Below the pieces are notes generated by a model. It had not been told where the DNA came from and searched no databases. It saw only the letters and a program-made list of their open reading frames with translations. Of a stretch of DNA of 64,000 nucleotides, positions 34,843-44,366 are shown in pieces (positions within the stretch are counted from its first letter, which is position 1; every line of letters begins with the position of its first letter). The position numbers were made by a program, and so were the translations under genes. The stretch is from an uncultured Candidatus Saccharibacteria bacterium (GTDB lineage: Bacteria > Patescibacteriota > Minisyncoccia > Phycocordibacterales > PALSA-1337), in contig CAZBVQ010000003.1 of NCBI GenBank assembly GCA_964495685.1, positions 4,824 through 68,823 on the forward strand, in the 5' to 3' direction.

Positions 34843-37800
34843 ATGACTGACCCTATCAACCCAGAACAAAAAGCTATCACCAAATCTCCTCATGCTGAGC
34901 GCGAGGAGCGTATTCTTGCCCGCTGGAAAGAGAAGGGCATTTTCGAGCAGACACTCAAGCAGACTGAGGGCAAGAAAGAATTTATTTTCTATGAAGGTCC
35001 GCCAACTGCCAATGGTCGTCCTGGTATTCATCATCTCGAAGCACGCGCTTTCAAGGACGCGATTCCGCGTTACAAAACCATGCAAGGATTCCACGTGCGT
35101 CGCAAAGGAGGATGGGATACACATGGTCTGCCAGTCGAAATCCAAGTTGAGAAGGAGTTGGGCCTCAAGTCCAAGAAGGAAGTCGAGTCTTACGGCATCG
35201 AGCGTTTCAATGAGAAGTGCAAAGAAAGTGTCTGGAAATATGTCCATGAATGGGAAGGCTTCACTGAGCGCATGGGGTATTGGGTTGATCTCAAAGATCC
35301 GTACATTACCTACAAGTCTTCGTACATCGAGTCTTTGTGGAATATCATGAAGACAGTCGACAAGAAGGGATTGCTCTACAAGGATTACAAAGTCGTACCC
35401 TGGTGTCCGCGCTGTGGCACTGGTCTTTCGTCGCATGAATTGGCGCAGGGCTATCAGGACGTTAAGGATTTGGCGGTGACGGTGAAGTTCAAGGTCACAA
35501 ACGGAAAAGAAAAACTGGGCTCCACAGATGATATATATTTGCTTGCATGGACAACTACACCATGGACCTTACCAGGGAACGTTGGGTTAGCTGTTGGAAA
35601 AAAACAAAAAGGAATTACTTACAAACTGGTCTTTCTTGAACCGGACATTGCCAAAGTTGTTATCGGCAAAGGACAATCTGGTCAGTATGAATCCCCAAAC
35701 GGTTTTTTTGCAGAAGAAGTTGAAAAATTTAATAAAGAACATAAAGGAAAAGCATATCTCGTAACATCCCAATATAACTTTTCTGAAAAATTAAAGCCCC
35801 CATTTCCTATTAAAGAAAATCTTCTCCTAACAGATCTTACCGAGAATCAACTAATCGGCCTCACCTACGAACCCCTCTATTCGTTTTTGAAAGACAACAT
35901 TTCTGGTGCCGAAAAAGAAAAACTTTCCAATGCATACAAAGTATATGCGGCTGATTTTGTCACGACGACCGATGGTACTGGGATAGTTCACACTGCGGTT
36001 ATGTATGGTCAGGAGGATTTTGAGTTGGGAACACAGGTTGGTTTGCCGAAATATCACCTCGTCAATGATGATGGAACCTTCAAGAAAGAGGCCGGATTCC
36101 TTGCAGGCAGATTCGTGAAAGATGAAGCCGTCGCTATCGACATCATCAAAGATCTCGCCAGTCGCCCAACAGGCAGCTTGTTGTTCCACAAAGAGAAGCA
36201 CGAGCACAGCTACCCATTCTGTTGGCGTTGCAAGACTCCACTCATCTATTTTGCCCGCGATTCGTGGTATATCCGCATGTCTTCATTGCGTGACAACCTA
36301 GTCAAAGAGAATGAGAGCATCAACTGGGTGCCCGCCCATATCAAAGAAGGTCGTTTTGGTGAATGGCTCCGCGAAGTCAAAGATTGGGCCATTTCCCGCG
36401 AGCGTTACTGGGGAACACCACTTCCTGTCTGGGTTTGTGATGGGTGTCATGAGCGCAAAGTAGTTGGTTCTGTCGCCGAAATTGCACAGAAGTCGAAAAA
36501 CATGTATTTCGGTATTCGACACGGCGAAGCTGAGCAGAATGTACATAATATTCTGAACGGTGACCCAAGTAAGCACTATCATTTGACTGAGAAGGGCAAG
36601 AAAGAGGTTACGGATTCCGTTAAGTCATTCAAACAGAAGATTGATGTTATTTACGCCTCGCCATTGCTTCGTACCAAGGAGACTGCCGAAATTGCGGCAG
36701 GTATTTTGGGCGTGCCGGCATCTTCCATTTTCTATGATGAACGTTTGCGTGAAATGGGCATGGGCGAGCTCGAAGGGAAGAATGTGAGCGAGCTTAACGG
36801 ATTGGTTGATGTTCCAGAAAAACTCTTCACTACCTCGGTCAGAGGTGTTGAGACACGACTGGAGATCAAGAGACGCGTTGGCACATTCATCGAAGAGATT
36901 GAACAGAAGCATGTTGGTAAGACTATTTTGGTTGTCAGTCATGATAGTCCATTGTGGATGCTCGAGAGTGCTGCCACAGGCCTCGATACCACCCAGGCTC
37001 TTGCACTCAAAGCAGGTAAGTCATTTTTCATGGATAATGCCGAAGTTAGAAAAATTGATTACTCGATAGTTCCACACAACGCTGACTTCGAACTTGATCT
37101 GCATCGCCCATACATTGATACAGTGAAGATTCCGTGCGCATGTGGCGGGACAATGACACGTGTCAAAGAAGTTATGGATGTGTGGTTTGATTCTGGCGCT
37201 ATGCCTTTTGCGCAGGATCATTATCCGTTCGAACACAAAGAACTAGTAGATAGTGGTTTGTTCAAGAAAGCTCACGGCTATCCCGCTGATTTTATTTCTG
37301 AGGCCATCGATCAGACACGTGGCTGGTTCTATACATTGCACGCTATTGGTGTGTTGATGGGCAAGGGCAAGGCATTCAAGAACGTTATCTGTCTCGGTCA
37401 CATTCTCGATGGAGAGGGCAAGAAAATGTCGAAATCTCTCGGCAATATCGTCGACCCATGGAGCATGATGGACAAATACGGCGCTGACGCACTGCGTTTC
37501 TGGATGTACTCTGTCAATCAGCCGGGGGATTCGAAAAACTTTGATGAGAAGACAGTCGATGAAATGGTCAAAAAAGTATTCAATTTAGCGGCAAATGTGT
37601 TGTCGTTCTATCAGATGTATGCGGAGAAGTCGGCAGTTGCAAGTAACACGTTGCAAGTCACATCGCGTAACATTTTGGATCGATGGATTATTTCGAGACT
37701 TGATCAGGTGATCGAGACAGTCACCAAAGGCTTGGACTCATATGTATTTCTTGAGCCGACGCGTTCGGTACGTGATTTTATTGCAGACCTCTCACAATGG

Positions 37801-38493
37801 TATTTACGCCGCTCGCGTGACCGATTCAAGTCAGAAGATGTCCAAGACAAACAAGCTGCACTAGCGACGACCCGCTACATTCTAGTAACACTCGCCAAAG
37901 TTATGGCGCCGTTCACACCATTTTTTGCAGATTATCTGTACCAGGAAGCAGGTGGAGATCTCGAGAGTGTTCATTTGGAGAAGTGGCCGGTCGCAGGGAA
38001 GATCGATACGCAGCTCATCACAGATATGGCACACGTCCGCACCGCATGCTCCAAAGGTTTGGAGGCTCGTACACGTGCCAAGATCAACGTACGTCAGCCG
38101 CTGGCAAAGTTGTATATAAAGACCGGTATTGCCGACAAACTCTCACCCGAACTTCTCGGTCTGATCGAAGATGAAGTTAATGTCAAGGGAGTCGCTATCA
38201 GCGTGTCTATTGATTCCGAGGTGCAGCTCGATACCGTCATCACTCCCGCTCTCAAAGAAGAGGGCATGGTCCGTGAATTGATGCGCCTTATTCAGGATCT
38301 CCGCAAAGCCAAGGGTCTCAGTGTGGGTGATCGGGCAGTCTTGAATGTGGAGACAGATGGCGCGGGCAGGAAAGTTATCGACACCAATGCTACACAAATC
38401 AAAACCGCCTGCGGTATTTCTGAAATCCGCTACGGCACTGTTGCTGGTGACACGACCATGATCGCAGAGATGCCGTTCAAGCTTGGCTTGTAA
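34843..38493 (+). CDS. ileS: isoleucyl-tRNA synthetase (type 2) with an inserted histidine-phosphatase (PGAM-like) domain (~aa 545-745)
   Basis: PPTANGRPGIHH (HIGH), KMSKSLGN and DWAISRERYWGTPLPVWVCDGC; then the insert FGIRHGEAEQN...ILVVSHDSPLWM; then HRPYIDTVKIPCACGGTMTRVKEVMDVWFDSGAMPF. Confidence 0.95.
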   Translation: MTDPINPEQKAITKSPHAEREERILARWKEKGIFEQTLKQTEGKKEFIFYEGPPTANGRPGIHHLEARAFKDAIPRYKTMQGFHVRRKGGWDTHGLPVEIQVEKELGLKSKKEVESYGIERFNEKCKESVWKYVHEWEGFTERMGYWVDLKDPYITYKSSYIESLWNIMKTVDKKGLLYKDYKVVPWCPRCGTGLSSHELAQGYQDVKDLAVTVKFKVTNGKEKLGSTDDIYLLAWTTTPWTLPGNVGLAVGKKQKGITYKLVFLEPDIAKVVIGKGQSGQYESPNGFFAEEVEKFNKEHKGKAYLVTSQYNFSEKLKPPFPIKENLLLTDLTENQLIGLTYEPLYSFLKDNISGAEKEKLSNAYKVYAADFVTTTDGTGIVHTAVMYGQEDFELGTQVGLPKYHLVNDDGTFKKEAGFLAGRFVKDEAVAIDIIKDLASRPTGSLLFHKEKHEHSYPFCWRCKTPLIYFARDSWYIRMSSLRDNLVKENESINWVPAHIKEGRFGEWLREVKDWAISRERYWGTPLPVWVCDGCHERKVVGSVAEIAQKSKNMYFGIRHGEAEQNVHNILNGDPSKHYHLTEKGKKEVTDSVKSFKQKIDVIYASPLLRTKETAEIAAGILGVPASSIFYDERLREMGMGELEGKNVSELNGLVDVPEKLFTTSVRGVETRLEIKRRVGTFIEEIEQKHVGKTILVVSHDSPLWMLESAATGLDTTQALALKAGKSFFMDNAEVRKIDYSIVPHNADFELDLHRPYIDTVKIPCACGGTMTRVKEVMDVWFDSGAMPFAQDHYPFEHKELVDSGLFKKAHGYPADFISEAIDQTRGWFYTLHAIGVLMGKGKAFKNVICLGHILDGEGKKMSKSLGNIVDPWSMMDKYGADALRFWMYSVNQPGDSKNFDEKTVDEMVKKVFNLAANVLSFYQMYAEKSAVASNTLQVTSRNILDRWIISRLDQVIETVTKGLDSYVFLEPTRSVRDFIADLSQWYLRRSRDRFKSEDVQDKQAALATTRYILVTLAKVMAPFTPFFADYLYQEAGGDLESVHLEKWPVAGKIDTQLITDMAHVRTACSKGLEARTRAKINVRQPLAKLYIKTGIADKLSPELLGLIEDEVNVKGVAISVSIDSEVQLDTVITPALKEEGMVRELMRLIQDLRKAKGLSVGDRAVLNVETDGAGRKVIDTNATQIKTACGISEIRYGTVAGDTTMIAEMPFKLGL

Positions 38494-38494
38494 C

Positions 38495-39115
38495 ATGTAC
38501 GCTATCCATACAACTCCTGGATTTGTCATCGAGTCCCGGCCATCTGGTGAGGCGGGGAGAGTACTTTCTATATTCACTCGCGACATGGGACTGGTCCGCG
38601 CGGTGGCACAGGGGATACGGCTCGAAAAATCGAAGCTCCGTTACCATGTGCAGGAGTATTCATTTGGGGAGTTTTCGTTCGTGAGGGGGAAGGAGTATTG
38701 GAGACTTACAAGTGCGAATGGCATTGATGTAGCCAGATCCGATGCGAATACACGAAGTATGCGAATGACGCGAATAGAATCACAAAACACAGGCCAAGAA
38801 CTTATTGGTCGCATTGCACTGCTTCTTCGTCGACTTCTCCACGGTGAAGAGGCGTATTCAGAATTATTTGCTCATATTCAAGCAGCTTCTGAACTACTGG
38901 CTTCTTCGGGTTTGAATACTGAAGAACTCCAAACACTGGAATCACTTATTGTTTTTCGTATCGTGCGGGCTCTGGGCTACGTCGGTACAGACAAAGATAT
39001 TGATGACCAGATTGTGGATGGTCCCATATCAATCGAATTGGTGCGTACGAGTGCGGGGAAGAGGGTACTCCTCAATAAACATATTAATAAAGCACTCAGG
39101 GAAAGTCAGTTGTAA
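38495..39115 (+). CDS. recO: DNA repair protein RecO
   Basis: N-terminal OB-fold pattern GFVIESRPSGEAGRVLSIFTRDMGLVRAVAQGIR...L.P and C-terminal LESLIVFRIVRALGY. The ATG lies 1 nt after the ileS stop. Confidence 0.65.
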   Translation: MYAIHTTPGFVIESRPSGEAGRVLSIFTRDMGLVRAVAQGIRLEKSKLRYHVQEYSFGEFSFVRGKEYWRLTSANGIDVARSDANTRSMRMTRIESQNTGQELIGRIALLLRRLLHGEEAYSELFAHIQAASELLASSGLNTEELQTLESLIVFRIVRALGYVGTDKDIDDQIVDGPISIELVRTSAGKRVLLNKHINKALRESQL

Positions 39116-39136
39116 GCTTGTGGTATAATAATTCGC

Positions 39137-41074
39137 GTGCCCCCAGCTGATGAGCAAAATCGCATCGAAGAGCTCAAGAAGTCCCTCTATTCGCGGACGG
39201 CTCCTGATGTGCGCACGCGCCGCAAACTCCGATTCTCGCCGACAGAGACGCCCGTTCGTACCAATTGGGGAGATCATCCAGAAGGTATCGAGTCTGTCAC
39301 TCTCAACAAACAATACGAAGATCATTCCATGTCTTTCTTCACCAAATTTCTGATTGCTTCATTTGTATTTTGCGTCATCGCTGTAGGAATCGGTGCGTAT
39401 CTCTTTTTCAATGGATCCAACCTTATTTCGGCAAATAATATCGCTATAGATATTACTGGCCCTGTCTCTATTCCTGGCGGTGCCCCTGTCTCGTTCGACA
39501 TTCAAGTCACCAACAAGAACAACGTCGATCTCCAGTCTGCTGACTTAGCTATTGATTTCCCAGCAGGCGCGACCAATCCCAAGGATCCTACTCAAGAGCT
39601 CAAGACATACCGTGAATTGCTCGGTGATATTCCTGCGGGTGGTTCGGTCCACAAGACGGTGAGCGCGATCATTTTCGGTGAAGAGAATCTCCAGAAACAA
39701 ATCGGTGCCAACGTCACCTACAAGGTCAAAGGATCTACGACACTCTTCACCAAGAAGACGTCATATGAAGTACTCATCAATTCATCCCCGATAGTGCTCA
39801 ATGTCACGTCATTCCAAGAGATTACTTCAGGTCAAGAATTCGACATGAAAGTGTCGCTCAAATCAAATTCGACAGATATCCTCAAGAATGTCTTACTCAA
39901 AGGAAGCTATCCGTTCGGGTTTACCTTCATATCGTCGAGCATCAAGCCGCTCTCTGATAGTGCCACGTGGAAGATTGGTGATATACCACCTGGCGGGGAG
40001 CGCACGATCACCATTCACGGCAAGATACAAGGTGAAGATAGTGAGACACGCGTATTCCGCTTCGCTGCAGGTGCTCAGAGCTTGAATGACCCCAAAGTTA
40101 TTGGCACACAGTATATGACTGTCGATAAGGCCATGACCATCCAGAAGCCATTCATATCACTAGCGATCGCAATCGATAACAATTCGTCACCCAATGATTT
40201 CATCGGCCAATTCGACCAGAATGAGCGCGTCACTATCAACTGGTTCAACAATCTAACCACCTCAGTGTCCAATGTGAGCATTGTCGCCAAATTGAGTGGC
40301 TCTGCGTACGACAAGACTGCCGTGCAGCCTGATCAGGGATATTTCGATTCTGCCAACAACCAAATCATCTGGAACCAGAAGACGACGCCGGAGCTGGCAT
40401 CGGTCGCAGCAGGGCAGAGCGGTACTATTTCATTCGGCCTCATACCCAAAGACAAGAGCACGCCGACCAATCCGATAGTCAATCCGATAGTGGTGGTGAC
40501 GGCGGGAGTGTCTGCTGATCGCCAGAGTGGCTCGAATGTGTCGGGTGAATTGGCGGCCGCTGCTTCACGTACGACGCGCGTGTCATCCAATATTTCTCTG
40601 ACTGGTCGTATCGTCCGTACCACAGGACCTTTCGTAAATACGGGAGTGGTGCCACCCAAAGTCGAACAGTCTACTACCTATACCGTAGTGTGGACCATAG
40701 ACAATACATCAAGTGCTGTCGGCAATGCTCGTGTCACGGCCACGTTGCCCGCGTATGTGAAGTGGCAGAAGGCGGTGAGTCCGTCGAGTGAGAATGTCAC
40801 CTATGATGAGAATAGCGGGACGGTGACCTGGGAGATCGGCACAGTCGCCGCCTACACGTCGAGCGCGACTCGTCGTCGAGAGGTCAATTTCCAAATAGCA
40901 TTTACACCGAGTATTAATCAGACCGATCAATCTCCGACCCTAGTCAATCAATCGATACTTTCTGCAACTGATAATTTCACGGGGGCACAGCTCCAGAGCA
41001 CTCAGGAATATCTCACGACTCGCTTTAGTACCGATCCGGCCTATAGAGAAGGGCAGGCGACAGTGGTCAAGTAG
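39137..41074 (+). CDS. large TM-anchored surface protein (GTG start, leaderless after TATAAT at 39125-39130)
   Basis: 645-aa ORF. TM helix MSFFTKFLIASFVFCVIAVGIGAYLFF, then a beta-rich Thr/Ser/Asn-rich ectodomain. Confidence 0.6.
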   Translation: MPPADEQNRIEELKKSLYSRTAPDVRTRRKLRFSPTETPVRTNWGDHPEGIESVTLNKQYEDHSMSFFTKFLIASFVFCVIAVGIGAYLFFNGSNLISANNIAIDITGPVSIPGGAPVSFDIQVTNKNNVDLQSADLAIDFPAGATNPKDPTQELKTYRELLGDIPAGGSVHKTVSAIIFGEENLQKQIGANVTYKVKGSTTLFTKKTSYEVLINSSPIVLNVTSFQEITSGQEFDMKVSLKSNSTDILKNVLLKGSYPFGFTFISSSIKPLSDSATWKIGDIPPGGERTITIHGKIQGEDSETRVFRFAAGAQSLNDPKVIGTQYMTVDKAMTIQKPFISLAIAIDNNSSPNDFIGQFDQNERVTINWFNNLTTSVSNVSIVAKLSGSAYDKTAVQPDQGYFDSANNQIIWNQKTTPELASVAAGQSGTISFGLIPKDKSTPTNPIVNPIVVVTAGVSADRQSGSNVSGELAAAASRTTRVSSNISLTGRIVRTTGPFVNTGVVPPKVEQSTTYTVVWTIDNTSSAVGNARVTATLPAYVKWQKAVSPSSENVTYDENSGTVTWEIGTVAAYTSSATRRREVNFQIAFTPSINQTDQSPTLVNQSILSATDNFTGAQLQSTQEYLTTRFSTDPAYREGQATVVK

Positions 41075-41080
41075 TGCTGT

Positions 41081-41531
41081 TGACTTTTGTGTTCGAGGGT
41101 GTTACATTGTTCACGAACTTGAAATGAGTCATACGGAGATTTCGTGTCGGCTGGGTAGTTCGTACGGCCGCACGTGTGCGCGCATACGCGCACTGTTCAC
41201 GAGGCGCGGTTCACGCGACCAGAGTCGCGTACCCGACGGCGCTCACTGGCTTGGTGTTGGCGCCCTTCGGCTCGCCTCGTTCACGCCGGCTCGCCCCTTC
41301 GGTTTACCGATTCCGGGGGGCGAGTCCGGCCATGGCTCATATTTATTGACACTTTTGACTCGTGGTCAGCCGCCGACGCGCGTTTGGTCATCTGCTCCAG
41401 CGCGCCATCGACCAGAGTCACTTGGCACCCTCATGCCTCCCGCAACCTTTCCTCCGTTGCGACCGGGTGTGATGGGTGCCAAGATCGTTCTTTTGAACTG
41501 CTGCGGAGATGCCCTTCGCGGCATTTTTATT
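41081..41531 (+). ncRNA. candidate structured RNA: GC-rich (~60%) ~415-nt unit with its own promoter (TTGACT-N17-TACATT at 41081-41109) and terminator (~41505-41531)
   Basis: Multiple cUUCGg tetraloop hairpins, the palindrome GTGCGCGcataCGCGCAC, three GTTCACG repeats, and a 10-bp stem cttggcaccc/gggtgccaag. The only ORFs are Arg/Pro-rich nonsense. glyS has its own TGgTATACAAT -10 immediately downstream. Confidence 0.3.
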
Positions 41532-41559
41532 TTCCATACTTTTGGTATACAATGCCCCT

Positions 41560-42894
41560 ATGTCAAAAAAAGCCCCAGAATCAGTGTCCGACAAGGTCAT
41601 GGAAAACCTCATTGCTCTGTGCAAGCGTAGAGGCTTCATATTCCAGGGATCTGAGATATATGGAGGCCTGGCCGGTACCTGGGACTACGCTCCTCTCGGC
41701 CTGATGCTCAAGAACAACATCCGCAAGCTCTGGTGGAAGCGTTTCGTCGATGATCGTGATGATATGTACGGTGTCGATGCGGCCCTGCTCATGAATCAGC
41801 GCACTTGGGAGGCGAGTGGTCACGTCAGCGGCTTCGCTGATCCGATGGTGGAGTGTGCCAAGTGTAAACATCGTTTTCGTGTCGACCAGCTCGCTGATTC
41901 CAAGAAATGTCCCGACTGTGGCGGCAAGCTCGGAGAAGCGCAGCAGTTCAACATGATGTTCAAGACGCACGTCGGTGCCAACCAAGACTCAGCATCTATT
42001 TCATATTTGCGTCCCGAGACAGCACAAGGCATGTTCGTCAATTTCAAAAATATCCTCGACACCTTCCATCCCAAGCTACCGTTCGGTATGGCTCAGATAG
42101 GTAAGGCCTTCAGGAATGAGATTGCACCACGCGACTTCCTCTTCCGTGCTCGCGAGTTTGAGCAGATGGAGATTGAGTATTTCGTTAATCCGAAGGATTG
42201 GGAGAAGACATTCGAGCACTTCCACAAGGAAATGCACGCATTCATTGCTGATGTCGGTCTGACTGCTTCTAAAGTAAGTGACTATGAAGTGCCTGATGGT
42301 GATCGTGCTCATTATTCGAAGAGGACGATCGACGTCGAGTTCGAATATCCTTTCGGTAAGAAAGAGCTGTATGGTCTGGCATATCGTACAGATTTTGACC
42401 TCAAGCAACACTCAGAATTCAGTAAGGTTGATCTGTCATATTTCGATGAAGAAACAAAAGAACGCTTCGTCCCACATTGTATCGAGCCATCATTTGGTCT
42501 TGATCGCACGGTCCTTGCGGTACTGACAGATGCGTATAGGGAAGACGATCTCGGTGGTGAAAAGCGCACCTATCTTAAACTTGCTCCGTCAGTTGCGCCA
42601 GTGAAGATTGCCGTATTTCCATTGCTAAAAAATAAACCACAACTGGTTGCCAAGGCGCACGAATTGTTCAAGGTGCTCAAGAAAGAATTTGGTGCAGTAG
42701 TGTTTGATGATAATGGCAATATTGGTAAGCGTTATCGTCGTCAGGATGAGATTGGTACTCCGTTCTGTGTGACTGTTGATTTCGATACGATCGAGAAAGG
42801 TGCGGGGGTGACCATTCGTGATCGAGATACTGGTGAGCAAGAAAGGGTTGCGGAAGGGGAGTTGGCTGCATTCCTGCACAAGAAAATAGGTTAA
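41560..42894 (+). CDS. glyS: glycyl-tRNA synthetase (dimeric class II, GlyQS/eukaryote-archaeal type)
   Basis: GFIFQGSEIYGGLAGTWDYAPLG, zinc knuckle CAKCKHRF...CPDCGG, class II motifs. Leaderless start 7 nt after TACAAT. Confidence 0.9.
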   Translation: MSKKAPESVSDKVMENLIALCKRRGFIFQGSEIYGGLAGTWDYAPLGLMLKNNIRKLWWKRFVDDRDDMYGVDAALLMNQRTWEASGHVSGFADPMVECAKCKHRFRVDQLADSKKCPDCGGKLGEAQQFNMMFKTHVGANQDSASISYLRPETAQGMFVNFKNILDTFHPKLPFGMAQIGKAFRNEIAPRDFLFRAREFEQMEIEYFVNPKDWEKTFEHFHKEMHAFIADVGLTASKVSDYEVPDGDRAHYSKRTIDVEFEYPFGKKELYGLAYRTDFDLKQHSEFSKVDLSYFDEETKERFVPHCIEPSFGLDRTVLAVLTDAYREDDLGGEKRTYLKLAPSVAPVKIAVFPLLKNKPQLVAKAHELFKVLKKEFGAVVFDDNGNIGKRYRRQDEIGTPFCVTVDFDTIEKGAGVTIRDRDTGEQERVAEGELAAFLHKKIG

Positions 42895-42908
42895 TCTTTT
42901 ACGTCTAC

Positions 42909-44177
42909 ATGAACTTCACCAAAACAGTCCTCGACAATGGTCTGCGTATCATCACTATACCCATGACTGACAATCCGTCAGTGACGGTACTTGTCATGGT
43001 CGAGACTGGCTCAAAATATGAGACCAAAGAAATCAATGGTATCTCTCATTTCCTCGAGCACATGATGTTCAAGGGTACACCACGCCGCCCCAATGCCACC
43101 GATATCTCTCGAGAACTCGATGGTCTCGGTGCTCACTACAACGCATTTACCTCACAGGAATATACTGGCTACTACGCCAAGGTGAGTTCTGATCGTTTCG
43201 ATCAGGCACTCGATATCATCTCTGATCTCTACGTCAATCCGGTGTTCAAGACTGAAGATATGGACAAGGAGAAGGGTGTTATCGTCGAAGAAATCCGTAT
43301 GTACCAAGACATGCCTCATCAGGATGTTCAGGATGTGTTCGCCGCACTCCTCCATGGTGACCAGCCGGCAGGGTGGAGTGTGCTGGGTACTGAGGACCAC
43401 GTTCGCTCATATACACGCGATCAGCTCCAGTCGTATCGCACTGCGCACTATGTAGCTGGTGCCACAACAGTCATTGTTGCTGGCTCATTCGATCAGACTA
43501 CTGTGCTCGATAAGATTGGTACTGCATTCAAGGGTATTGCGACTTCTGGCAAGAAAGATAAGGTGGCCATTAGTGAATCCCAGTTTGCGCCGGCCATCAA
43601 GATCAAATACAAAGAGACTGATCAGACGCATCTGGTCATTGGCTTCCGCACATTTCCTATACTCGATCCGCGCAATGCGACTATGACAGTACTCTCGACC
43701 ATCCTTGGTGGCGGTATGAGTTCGCGCCTCTTCGCTCGTATGCGTGATCAGCTCGGTATGTGTTATTACGTACGCTCATCGCACAATCCCAACACCGATC
43801 ATGGGGACCTGACGGTCTCTGCGGGTGTTGATTCGAGTCGTGTCCATGAAGCAGTCCGTGAAATTCTCGCCCAATTCAAGCGACTGATCGATGAGCCGGT
43901 ATCTGACGCTGAGCTCAAGAAGGCCAAGGACTATTTGAGGGGTACGACCTTGCTCGGACTCGAGACTTCAGAGGCTCGTGCCGAATATGCCGGATATCAA
44001 GAAATGCTCAAGAAGAAAGTCGAAGAACCAAATGATGTTATTGCTCGCATACACAAAGTCACAGCAGCAGATATTCAAGCTCTAGCGAAAACCTTTTTCG
44101 TTAATGAGGGATTGAATATGGCTATTGTAGGGAAGTACAAGGACGCCGAACCATTTCAGGAATATTTCCATATATAG
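42909..44177 (+). CDS. M16-family zinc metallopeptidase (insulinase-like)
   Basis: HFLEHMMFKGT (HxxEH inverted zincin motif). Confidence 0.85.
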   Translation: MNFTKTVLDNGLRIITIPMTDNPSVTVLVMVETGSKYETKEINGISHFLEHMMFKGTPRRPNATDISRELDGLGAHYNAFTSQEYTGYYAKVSSDRFDQALDIISDLYVNPVFKTEDMDKEKGVIVEEIRMYQDMPHQDVQDVFAALLHGDQPAGWSVLGTEDHVRSYTRDQLQSYRTAHYVAGATTVIVAGSFDQTTVLDKIGTAFKGIATSGKKDKVAISESQFAPAIKIKYKETDQTHLVIGFRTFPILDPRNATMTVLSTILGGGMSSRLFARMRDQLGMCYYVRSSHNPNTDHGDLTVSAGVDSSRVHEAVREILAQFKRLIDEPVSDAELKKAKDYLRGTTLLGLETSEARAEYAGYQEMLKKKVEEPNDVIARIHKVTAADIQALAKTFFVNEGLNMAIVGKYKDAEPFQEYFHI

Positions 44178-44342
44178 GAGCCCTACAGAGCACTGTGCCG
44201 CGTGGATTCTGCGGAACTCGCCGCACGAACTTGTAAGGTCTTTTGGCATACGGGGCAATAATCTGACCATGCCAAAAGCCCTAACAAGTTCGGCGACTCA
44301 GACAGTCCTCGAATCCACGCGGCACAGTGCTCTGTAGGGCTC
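44178..44342. repeat. 165-bp hairpin/MITE-like element: perfect 32-bp terminal inverted repeats (gagccctacagagcactgtgccgcgtggattc) with nested inner imperfect inverted repeats
   Basis: Begins 1 nt after the peptidase stop and ends 1 nt before the next ORF. The inner cttttggcat/atgccaaaag and cgaacttgt/acaagttcg pairs extend the hairpin. Confidence 0.75.
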
Positions 44343-44366
44343 TTGGTATGTGCTACAATAATTCGC

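Noticed and set aside
34432-35436. 334-aa minus-strand ORF
   Set aside because: It runs antisense through the N-terminal catalytic domain of ileS. It has no motifs and is Arg-rich in the way reverse-frame artefacts are.
36475-37085. Intein in ileS
   Set aside because: The insertion has no intein splicing signatures: no Cys/Ser at the N-junction, no His-Asn plus Cys/Ser/Thr at the C-junction, no LAGLIDADG/HNH block. It carries clear RHG...SH(D) histidine-phosphatase motifs instead.
41124-41704. Two overlapping ORFs (168 and 176 aa) in the GC-rich region before glyS
   Set aside because: They are Arg/Pro/Ser-rich nonsense sequences in a region with its own promoter/terminator and dense hairpins. 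They are far better explained as non-coding RNA than protein.
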